NCBI RefSeq assembly: GCF_964355755.1
Contig: NC_092680.1
Location: 9,548,001 to 9,612,000 of the forward strand
Origin: Antedon mediterranea
Taxonomy: Eukaryota; Animalia; Echinodermata
DNA: 64,000 nt
Reading direction: 5' to 3'
The translations under genes and the position numbers were made by a program. The notes under the pieces were generated by a model, which worked only from the letters and a program-made list of their open reading frames with translations, ran no database searches and was not told the origin of the DNA. Within the stretch, counting starts at the first letter, position 1, and every line of letters starts with the position of its first letter. This document shows positions 39,264 to 49,846 of this stretch, in pieces.

Positions 39264-40994
39264 TATTATTTATTATGTCTTTCACTACTTTAAAGCTCAA
39301 TGTAAATGGGGAGATATAAAGCAAAATCTCCTTAAATTAATGAAATAAAAAAAATGCTATTTTTATCTCTTAAATACATTGTATATAGGCCTAGTAACTA
39401 TATTAGTTTTAAGATATTTCATCCGGGTATGAAGCGACTCACATACACACAGAGCCAAAATATTACCTTGGACTTGCACTGTGTATGGACTCTAACCTTA
39501 CGGTTTTCATTATATATATCATTCCATCCTATCCATTCTAAACACCCTTTTTTCAAGCTTTTGCATTCTTCGTTTTCATCTCATCCATTTTTTTCTTGGT
39601 GAAAAGGGAAGATTCTTTATATTCTTCCCCTGAGTTTATAGCCTCTCTACCCAGACAACGGACACGAACAGAATAAAACAACAATAATAACTTTTTCATA
39701 AGTACGTTTTTTTTAAATCAATTTTTATCGTCAGTTTACTGCCATCGACATATTTTAATTAATTGTATTTTTAAAAATGTATATGAATGTAAATGTGGTT
39801 ACTTCTTAACATCAAAATAATCTTAGTCTTATGTATATACAGTTCAAAAGATATGTATTTTTTTAACAATGTACCTTATAAATAAGAGAATTATATAAAT
39901 GTGCATATATATGTAAGGATGTGGACGACAACACAAAAGGAAAAACACGCCTTTTCTCACTTTTACCACGGTCCGGTGGTGTATTTGGTTTTAATTTGTT
40001 TTTAGCATAACAATAGAGATCAGTATGGTCCTGAAAACCACAAAATAAATACAATGAGAAACAAAAGTAAATAATATTCTAAAATACAAGCCAATTCTTA
40101 GTAACGACCTCACTTAACAGGCGACTCTAATAAAAAGGATTCTCTCTGAGGACTGCGACTATTACGTCAAACGGCACGTCTACCTAAACAGCCTCTGTAT
40201 ACTTTGTTAGAGTATACAAATACCTAATTAATTACCTACACAATTGCATCATAAGTGCCTGAATATTACTATTATATTACTAGAATAAATGCATGTTGGA
40301 ATTTACTCACACTATTTGAATACTAAACTTAGTCTATTCATTGAATCAAGGAGTTATAATCTTAGGTTTGTGTAAAATATATAAACAATAACAAATCCAT
40401 GGGCACAGCCATTTTGTATGATAAATAGAGGGCGCACTACATGACGATCTATCACGAGCATGGTAGCCTCGTGTATACAAATTAATCAAGTGTGAACTGT
40501 AGGATGAACTATTTTATACAAACTGTTAACTAGAAACTATCTTCTATAAACTAAACATTACTAAATCTATCTAAACATATTTTGTTAATACAAAGAAGGT
40601 TTATCACAAAAGTATATATTATAACATTATATGGCATAAAATCCTAGTTCAAAGATTGTAACACAATACTATTCAATAGGCTTCCTAACTGCACATTCCA
40701 TGAGTCAAGGTTAACCCAAAACAAATGTCTAGGCCTATGAATGCAATCATCTTAAAATACAACATTAATAGTGTTTCTTAAACATAACAGAATCTTATAA
40801 ATGTATAACAAAGTAATATATGTAAAAAGTAGAGCAATTACCTTTTAATCAGATCTTTAATTAAATAAGAGACAAAACTATCTGCTTCCTTGACCGGTTC
40901 ATGAATACAAAAGAAAGAAAATCATTTGAAAAAGACTGTTACAATTATAGGGGGCAGTAACACCTATAGGGGGCAGTATTTAATTATCACATGA

Positions 40995-41249
40995 TTAGAT
41001 TAATCCCCACACTCCCCTGTTTAAGCTGAGTTTGTCCTCAAACTTTCTGACTTTTATAGCTGCCTTGATGTCTTCAACAAAGGACTCCACACATTCCCCT
41101 TCGGCTCCCACAAAGTGTCTCATCTTCTTCTCTGGGAGAACATATACTGTGTTTCCATTCCCATGGGCAGCACGCCTAGTTGCTTCTAGTTCGGCTCTTA
41201 GCTCATCAACCGTCCTCTGCACATCTCGCAACGATGCCTTGCCTGCCAT
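40995..41249 (-). pseudogene. N-terminal Gypsy gag fragment reading through the PPT into the 3' LTR
   Basis: MAGKASLRDVQRTVDELRAELE..VYVLPEKKMRHFVG...VESFVEDI resembles the start of a Gypsy capsid. It lies directly downstream of the PBS. Confidence 0.65.
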
Positions 41250-41286
41250 CACTGATCTCTAATGTTAAAGCCAAATACGATCCACG

Positions 41287-41304
41287 ATCCCACTTCTGAC
41301 ACCA
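41287..41304 (-). other. Primer-binding site complementary to the tRNA-Leu 3' end
   Basis: TGGTGTCAGAAGTGGGAT lies 3 nt after the 5' LTR and complements ...ATCCCACTTCTGACACCA. Confidence 0.85.
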
Positions 41305-42730
41305 AATTGTAAGGATGTGGACGACAACACAAAAGGAAAAACACGCCTTTTCTCACTTTTACCACGGTCCGGTGGTGTATTTGGTTTTAATTTGTTTTTA
41401 GCATAACAATAGAGATCAGTATGGTCCTGAAAACCACAAAATAAATACAATGAGAAACAAAAGTAAATAATATTCTAAAATACAAGCCAATTCTTAGTAA
41501 CGACCTCACTTAACAGGCGACTCTAATAAAAAGGATTCTCTCTGAGGACTGCGACTATTACGTCAAACGGCACGTCTACCTAAACAGCCTCTGTATACTT
41601 TGTTAGAGTATACAAATACCTAATTAATTACCTACACAATTGCATCATAAGTGCCTGAATATTACTATTATATTACTAGAATAAATGCATGTTGGAATTT
41701 ACTCACACTATTTGAATACTAAACTTAGTCTATTCATTGAATCAAGGAGTTATAATCTTAGGTTTGTGTAAAATATATAAACAATAACAAATCCATGGGC
41801 ACAGCCATTTTGTATGATAAATAGAGGGCGCACTACATGACGATCTATCACGAGCATGGTAGCCTCGTGTATACAAATTAATCAAGTGTGAACTGTAGGA
41901 TGAACTATTTTATACAAACTGTTAACTAGAAACTATCTTCTATAAACTAAACATTACTAAATCTATCTAAACATATTTTGTTAATACAAAGAAGGTTTAT
42001 CACAAAAGTATATATTATAACATTATATGGCATAAAATCCTAGTTCAAAGATTGTAACACAATACTATTCAATAGGCTTCCTAACTGCACATTCCATGAG
42101 TCAAGGTTAACCCAAAACAAATGTCTAGGCCTATGAATGCAATCATCTTAAAATACAACATTAATAGTGTTTCTTAAACATAACAGAATCTTATAAATGT
42201 ATAACAAAGTAATATATGTAAAAAGTAGAGCAATTACCTTTTAATCAGATCTTTAATTAAATAAGAGACAAAACTATCTGCTTCCTTGACCGGTTCATGA
42301 ATACAAAAGAAAGAAAATCATTTGAAAAAGACTGTTACAATTATAGGGGGCAGTAACACCTATAGGGGGCAGTATTTAATTATCACATGATTAGATTAAT
42401 CCCCACATATACATATATTATTTATATTTATAGAACTATAATAAAAGTGGGACGAACCCACACAAGACAAAAAAAAAATGTCTTTCACATTTCCATATGC
42501 TTTTCTTATGATCTTTGTTCACCTTACATCTCCGATTTCTCTTGCAATGGACCCCATTGGAAATAAATTGACGATTGTCGATTTTATGGGTCGTCCTTGC
42601 ATCCATTCACTCTGGTTTTAATGAATTTTAATATTCCAACTGTTTGTATTTTTTCTTTGTTATGTATTTTAAATGTATTGTTGAATGGATGCTAAAGGAA
42701 TAAATAAATAAAAATAAATAAATAAATAAA

Positions 42731-42945
42731 TTCTGTTCTGCCCATTCAGAGTAAGAGGTGAAGTCCAGAAGAGGACTCAGGGCAAGGCGTATGTAGTGAT
42801 ACTAAACTGTCTAGTGACTAGAGCTGTGCATCTCGATTTGGCGGTTGACTACAGTGAGGGTGCAGTGCAGAAAGTATTTAGGAGGTTTTCTGCGATAAGA
42901 GGATATCCAGCAGAAGTATTTACTGACTGTGGGTCACAGTCTTGG
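42731..42945 (+). mobile_element. BEL/Pao integrase core continuation
   Basis: LFCPFRVRGEVQKRTQGKAYVVILNCLVTRAVHLDLA..RRFSAIRGYP..FTDCGSQ. Confidence 0.9.
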
Positions 42946-42996
42946 TGAAGTGAGGACGTGTTACACTGATGCTCGCTAGCCCGGCCTTTTCAATTT

Positions 42997-43900
42997 GAGG
43001 TGGGGTGGGGGGGGGGGGGGGAGTGTTTTGTTAGAGAAAGGAACTAACGCCCTCTACAAAGTTGTGTTTTTGGAGTAATACACGTGAGAAGACTGCATAC
43101 CTTTCTGAGAAAACGTGAACATATTAAGAGAAATAATTGAGTAAATTAACACCATTGTTTAAGAGTATTTTAAGAAACGATCGTTGAGTTTTATTGTATT
43201 AAACGTGATTATAAAAGTATTAGTTATATTAGAATGATTTAAATGCCGAAATCATAGTCTATAAATATGGTAACAGTATAGATAGTTAGTCAACTTAACG
43301 TTTAAAAGGAAATTACTACTGTATGCTTAATTACTTAATCAACATTATAGCTCATAGTTGAACTAATTTGTGGATTGAATTATACGGAATATGTACTAGT
43401 AATGCATTTTAGTTGTAGATGTCTAAGAACATTATATTATTGGAACTATAGTCTATCAGTGTATTAATGTTAGAGTAAATTGTTAGTAATGTTCTGTACA
43501 TAACGCGGATCGATATCATTTAGAGTTTCTATTGTGCTGAGGTTGGGGTTTGGCTCGTGAATGTTTCTCCATGATTAATGGTATTTTGTGGTTAGAAGTT
43601 TCTGGGTGTAGAAAGATAAGAAGAGATTTTATTACTTTGATTTGATCTACTTTAATTAGTTTTGAGCTTACAATTTTACGGTATGGTTTAACATGTATAA
43701 ACGTTCTTGTGTTTTTTAGGTGATATTTAACATTTTGATGTTCAAGCTGTTGAGTAATTTGAGTTGAGTTTTGGATGTCGAAAAATGTAAGTTTGAGTAT
43801 ACACTTCGATCATGAGCTGAACTTTAATTTTAATTTAATATTAATAACTAGGATTATACATTTGTTACTGAGTTAAAAGTTAAACGTTTTAAGATTTACT
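42997..43900 (+). mobile_element. PPT and probable 3' LTR (from 43024) of the BEL element; right boundary uncertain
   Basis: G-rich tract GAGGTGGGGTGGGG...GAG immediately followed by TGTT. Confidence 0.6.
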
Positions 43901-43903
43901 TAG

Positions 43904-44055
43904 TCATCATATCATATCATATCATCATATATCGACCGCAGTCGACCATCATCATCAATCAGACATCAGCAGAGCTAGATTTCCAAGTTTTGCGGTCCTC
44001 CATGACACAAGCAAGTTCAGATGTATTACCTAAGCTGGTATCCTCAAGAAGGACC
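43904..44055 (-). mobile_element. Short RTE-clade 3' end
   Basis: LLEDTSLGNTSELACVMEDRKTW plus an (ATG)/(ATATG) microsatellite tail. Confidence 0.6.
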
Positions 44056-44104
44056 TTAAAAGTACCTGCTCTCAAGCGTTAAATCAAGGTAAGTCATTAC
44101 TTTC

Positions 44105-44400
44105 CTTTTCTATAGTCAATTTCAAACCATTTTCACTAAATACTTTGCATATGTCTTTCTTGATTGATTCAATCTTCCGAGGCGGTTCTTTAAATACAGC
44201 TAACACGATCATCATCATCGCGATATAAACCTATATTGTTGCCATATCTCTGCGACAGTTGTGGTATAATAATATGTCTCGGCTCTATCAAAGCTTCCCA
44301 TGGTACATAATTTCATTCTTCTTATTTTTGAGTAAATCAAGTTGAAAATTAATATAATATGTTTGTTTAATTATACCTGATGCTGAACTCGCCTTGCCTA
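44105..44400 (-). mobile_element. Penelope-like element RT fragment, frameshifted
   Basis: TMGSFD.AE, YGNNIGLYRDD and LAVFKEPPRKIESIKKDICKVFSENGLKLTIE across frameshifts. Not in the ORF track. Confidence 0.7.
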
Positions 44401-44754
44401 TCTATATTAAAATATTCGCATATACAGTAGGCTAGGAAATCTAGCATTTTGAGTGACACAAATTGCAGAGATCTTTATTTTTTAAATGGTCACATTATTA
44501 TGAGGAGATCAACATTTGAGAATCACACCTCTGTCACTTAACCACATGATATGCAAATTAGCCTAATTTGCAAGTTAGCCTAATTTGTAAGTTAGGGTGA
44601 AATTACAGGATATCTAAGAAACTAATAGTCAGAGTTGAATTATATTGAACTATAATATGCAAACGTCGTACATCCAGTAATTTTTCGTCAATTGTTTCCT
44701 AGAGAAAAATAAATATGTGAATAAGGCTGTTTGTTTCTTTGGATATGGGACTAT

Positions 44755-45550
44755 GGAACGCCGTTTACGCAAGTTTTTGGCGATGATGAAATTGCATTGA
44801 TGATGAAAATTGCGTCGATGTAAATTGCATCGATGGAATGAAAATTGCGTCGATGCAATAAAAATTGCGTCGATGCAATAAAAATTGTGTTGATGAAAAT
44901 TGCGTCGATGTAATAAAAATTGAGTCGATGTTATGAAAATTGCGTCGATGAAAATTGCATCGATGTAATAAAAATTACGTTGGGGTAATGAAAATTGCGT
45001 CGATGTAATGCAAATTGCGTCAATGAAAACTGCATCGATGTAATGAAAACCGCATCGATGAAAACTGCATTGATGAAAAATGCGTCGATGAAAATTGCGT
45101 TGATGTAATGAAAATTGCGTCGATGAAAATTGCATCGATGAAAATTGCGTCGATGAAAACTGGATCGATGAAAATTGCGTCGATGAAAATTGAGTCAATG
45201 TAATGAAAATTGCGTCGATGTAATGAAAATTGCGTCGATGAAAATTGCATCGATGAAATAAAAATGACGTCGATGTAATGAAAATTGCGTCGATGTAATG
45301 AAAATTGCGTCGATGAAAATTGCATCGATGTAATGAAAGATGCATCGATGAAAACTGCATCCAGGAAAATTGCGACGATGAAAACTGCATCGATGAAAAT
45401 TGCGATGATGAAAACTGCATCGATGAAAATTGCGTTGATGTAATAAAAATTGCGTAGATGAAAATTGCATCGATGAAAATTGCGTCGATGAAAATTGCGT
45501 CGATGAAAATTGCGTCGATAAAAATTGCGTCGATGAAAATTGCATCGATG
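44755..45550 (+). repeat. Left arm of a satellite-armed TIR element (copy A): terminus GGAACGCCGTTTACGCAAG plus a 15/20-bp GATGAAAATTGCGTC array
   Basis: Dozens of tandem units. The same terminus occurs at 49619 and inverted at 53255. Confidence 0.88.
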
Positions 45551-48500
45551 TATGATAATTATAAAATAAACTGAATAAAGAATTTAAACATTTTGTAAGT
45601 TGTCCTTTTTGGTATTTAAACATAAAACTTAAAACACTGTTTTTATACAAATCAAGTATATTAAATGTGCCCGTTTTCACAAAGAGCTGAGAAGAGGGAT
45701 GATGCAGTGGGACAGCCAGTCGACAAATCGTGTCAAATTTCGACTCGGAAAGGGCGCCCTACTTTTCTAATTTAGTTCAAAATTGCTAAATTTTAGGGTG
45801 TTGGAAAAACACAATATTTGTAAATTTAGCTGATTATCGGAAAAATATTGTTAGTGAAATAAATTCATAAATTGTTTTAATATATTGTCATGTAAAATTA
45901 AATGTATTTGAACAAAACGATAATCTGTAATTTAACGGCAAAATCAACCAATGTCTTTTTTTCGAAATTGTACCCTAGAAAATCATTAAAATAAAATATT
46001 TAGAAAAATTGAACAGTCCTGAATTTAAAATCCCTGTTAGAAAAATTAATAATCTACAGAATACGATATTAAGATACAAAATTCGGTGGTTGGGATGCAG
46101 CTCCGACTATTCAAACTAAAGGTACCACTATTTGTTCCATCGAAAACTAGCGAAACCGCCATTTTGTAAACACATCGTCATCGTGTTTATGAATTTATTT
46201 ATATCGAACGATATACGCGATGTTTATAATTGTCCGCGTATAAGAATTCATATAAATAAATACATTCCAATACAACGTATATTATTACTTGTTTATTTAT
46301 CACAGTATACATTTTAGTTGAGGAATATTTATCATAACTATTATAATAGCTTTTATACGAGTCCGAGGCCTAGCCCTATTAGCGACCGATTGTTCCAGGG
46401 GCGGAAAGTCACTTAGTGACGTTGTGATCGGGCGCGTCGGGCCTAGCTAATATTAATAATATGACCTGAAATAAGCGGCTAACAAGAACTGTTATATACT
46501 TGCTTTCTTACAATTGTTTTGTTATTGATGAACAAACAAGCAATTAGATTGAATAACAAATTATTTTTTCATTTTTTTTGGGTAAAAACATGTACAAACT
46601 AGTAGTAGGCCTACTGTATAATATAAATTATAATAATAGTAATATTAAACTAATACAGTATTATTAAAATATAAAATAGGCCTAACATACAATAAATATT
46701 CAATTTTTAAGGTCTACCACATGACAATAACATAATTTACAGAGTATAGTGTAGTAGGTTTGCATTCAACATAAATATGTGTATTGTAATTCATCTAAAT
46801 CCTCTGCAACATAGGCCTACATATATTTGTAATTCAACATTTTGTTTTAAATAATTAAATTATAGTTTGGGTATGACAATGTCGGTAGGTATCGGTGTCA
46901 TCTTTTTATCCACTTCACTCTCAGTTTGAAGTCACAAAGACAAAGAACTCTGCATCATCAACGATTCCTGAAAGTGTCAGAAAAAATAATAAATATTATT
47001 TAAAAAAAATGTTAATGTCTGGTTGTATATATAATTATAATACTGTATTATATGATGACATAAAAGCAAGGCAAATGGAAGCTGTATTTTATTAATTAAA
47101 TTACAGTATTTATTTACTACTGTATTATTATTTATATAATCTAGGCCTACTAGTACTAGTAGCCTGCTAGGCATCTATTGAGCCTAATAAATCAAATAAT
47201 AAATGAAAAATAAAATAATAATATTAATACTGATTGAAAAAAGGTATTTTTTTTGCGGGGATCAGATCACCAGGCTAGGCCGGCCAGGACCAATGATACT
47301 CGTAATCAGTACAACTTAACGACTATCGGATCAGCATCAACACAGTACAACACACGTCTCGCTATCGCCTATACTGACACACGTGTCTCGCGTTGCCGAA
47401 ACCACGCTCACAGCTAGAAAATGTACCTACCTTTCGAGGCCTGAGAATACACCAACACATTTTGAACAGGATAGAAATATATCATACTCGATTAAACTAA
47501 TATTATTCTTGATAAAAAAATTGATTATAATTTTTTTAATTTGTTGGGATGCACCTCCGACTATTCAGAAAATGGACAACAAAACAGTAGTCAAATCGTA
47601 CCACATTTATAAATTTCACGAGTCCCGACTTCAGTCGCCGAATGTATTGTATTAGCTTCGGTTTCTTTGAAGGAAACCGATTGGTTATTCAATAATACTT
47701 ATTAGGAAATGCTTTTACCATAATAGGTAATGTTGGGCGGTTCTTAAATATTCATGAGAGCTTAAAATAAAACAGCACTTATTTGCTAGGCGACGAAAAA
47801 TCGTGGTTTCAGTTTTCAACGATAGGTGGCGCTTCAAAATCGTCAATGCGGAAGTAAGTCGATTTTACACGATTTAACGGTCAAAACGCGAAGTGGCTTT
47901 CCCACTGGATGAAAGTCTACCTTACAAATGATCCAAAGAGCTTTTTTCTGAAGCATAAGAAGGCGGTATATATTTTCTTTGTTTCCCGCACCCCATACAA
48001 TAATACCATATGTCAACACTGGTAATACAGGTGTCTTGTATATGGTAAGTAACACTTCAGTAGATACTTTCTTTTTTATTTGACACATGGCACCAATTAT
48101 TGAGGATGCTTTACAAGAAACTGCATTTGTATGGTGTCTAAAGTTCAGTTTTTCATCAATGATGACACCGAGAAATTTAGTATAAGGTACTCTGTCTATT
48201 GAAACTCTATTTATTGAAAGTACTAATTGGGATGTGTCAATATTGGTATTCTTTCCACTAAATTACATATACGTAGTCTTGGTTGTATTAATAGTTAATC
48301 TATTAGTTTTACATCATTTCTCAATTTTATTTAGTTCATTTGTTATTATTGTAAAGGCAGTGACGATATCATTGTGTTGTAAAAACATATTTGTATCATC
48401 TGCAAACATTATTAAATCAACGACATAACTTACAGAAAACATGTCATTTATGAAAATCAAAAACAGCAGGGGTTCAAGGATTGACCCTTGTGGAACGCCC

Positions 48501-49320
48501 TGTTTTACTATTTTGGTTATAGACTGACACTTCCCAATTTGTACGAATTGTTTTCTTACTCTAAGGTAGCTTCGGTACCAATCAAGAACCACGCCTCTTA
48601 TTCCATAATGGGGCAATTGTGTGAGCAATAATTCATGATCTATCGAATCGAACGCCTTTGATAAATCCAAAAATACGCCAATCATAAAATGCTTGTTGTC
48701 GTGACGACAGTTTTTATTTTATCAAGGACTTGTAGGAGGGCGTGGTTAGTTGAATGACCTGCCCTAAATCCATATTGAGACTCATGTAACATATCATATT
48801 TACACAAAAATCGATTGTTTGGTCATATACGACCCTTTCAAATACCTTAGATATATATGGTAATATCGATATCGGCCTATAATTTTCTATGTTCTCCCTT
48901 GCTCCTTTTTTATACACAGGAATTGTTTTAGCAATTTTTAGTTGACAAGGAAATACACCCGATTGAAGGGATACATTGATTATATGAGATAACGGTTTAG
49001 CCAGTATATTCCGAGTTATTTTTTATATAAATGGTACCAATGTCATCACAACCACTTGACTTATTTACATTTATGTCATTAATGTATTAAATGATATCGG
49101 GCTCAGATACCGCTCTAAAAAACATTGAATTCAAAATTTCATGTTGTATTTTATATTCGGTGTTACTATTACGGTTATCATCACCTGTCATTTGATCACC
49201 TATATTTATAAAGTATGTGTAAACGCATTGGCTATGGTCTGTTTACCTGTTCTATGAGCGTTTTCAATGTTAATATTTAATAAGTGTAGTTTATCGCTTA
49301 TAAGTGTATTTATGGTTTTA
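45551..49320 (-). mobile_element. CR1-group LINE ORF2 fragment, interrupted at 45705-47907
   Basis: [55 protein letters not shown]. Confidence 0.9.
45705..47907. mobile_element. Unclassified non-autonomous TIR DNA transposon (CAGTGGGA termini, 4-bp TSD)
   Basis: CAGTGGGACAGCCA / TGGCTTTCCCACTG termini and GATG TSD (45701-45704 / 47908-47911). Removing it restores the CR1 frame DFHHPSSQLF. Internal ~27-bp direct repeat at 46089 and 47543. Confidence 0.85.
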
Positions 49321-49846
49321 ATTCAATCAATGATGAAAATTACTACTTGGCCTACTAAGTGAAGTAAATGATGATGTTAATAATGATGTTAATAATGGTA
49401 TTATGTTGCTTAAAATTGATAAGCATGTTTACCGCTTGCGTTAGCGCGCGTTAAAGACAAGCGCACATTGAGCGCGCACTGAAACAATGTTGAAATATGC
49501 ACTGATTTAATTTTGGTGATTTATTGTCAACACATTTTTGCAAAGGATCCATTACGAAGGATTGGAAAATTGCATAGCAATATTCCAGTGAAATGAGGTA
49601 CGGTATGCTGTAATATATGGAACGCCGTTTACGCAAGTTTTTTGCGATGATGAAATTGCATCGAGGATGAAAATTGCGTCGATGAAAATTGCATTGATGT
49701 AGTAAAAATTGCGTTGATGTAATGAAAATTGCGTCAAAGAAAATGTTATCGATGTAATGAAAATTGCATCGCTGAAAACTGCATCGATGAAAGTTGTGTC
49801 GATGAAAACTGCATCGATGAAAACTGCGTTGATGAAAATTGCGTCG

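Larger units (their letters stand above)
39912..42407 (-). mobile_element. Young non-autonomous Gypsy derivative: two 1100-bp LTRs (39912-41011, 41308-42407) and a 296-bp internal region
   Basis: TG...CA LTRs of equal length with no mismatch found by eye. 4-bp TSD TATA. PBS at 41287-41304 and PPT AAACAGGGGAG at 41012-41022. Confidence 0.95.
39286..42477 (+). mobile_element. Tx1-like LINE 3' end (last ORF2 codons, long 3' UTR, poly(A)), split by the Gypsy derivative
   Basis: 11-bp TSD ATGTCTTTCAC (39275-39285 / 42478-42488). FKAQCKWGDIKQNLLKLMK*. Ends AATAAAAGTGGGACGAACCCACACAAGAC(A)n. Confidence 0.75.
39264..42730 (+). mobile_element. Short CR1/L2-type 3' end (39264-39285 plus 42478-42730) with (TAAA)n tail, inserted in the BEL integrase and itself split
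   Basis: GGACCCCAT..ATGGGTCGTCC stem and a tail at 42699-42730. BEL integrase resumes at 42731. Confidence 0.65.

Noticed and set aside
30993-42478. 40-bp inverted match as TIRs of an 11.5-kb transposon
   Set aside because: Both are poly(A)-tailed LINE 3' ends in opposite orientation, and the second has its own 11-bp TSD.
44650-45680. Repetitive ORFs (TQFSS, HRRNFH, IDAIF)
   Set aside because: They are translations of a 15-bp satellite, open in several frames simply because the unit lacks stops.
45705-47907. RAG-like transposon with RSS ends
   Set aside because: The ends lack the full CACAGTG heptamer and a nonamer, the TSD is 4 bp rather than 5 bp, and no RAG-like coding sequence is seen.
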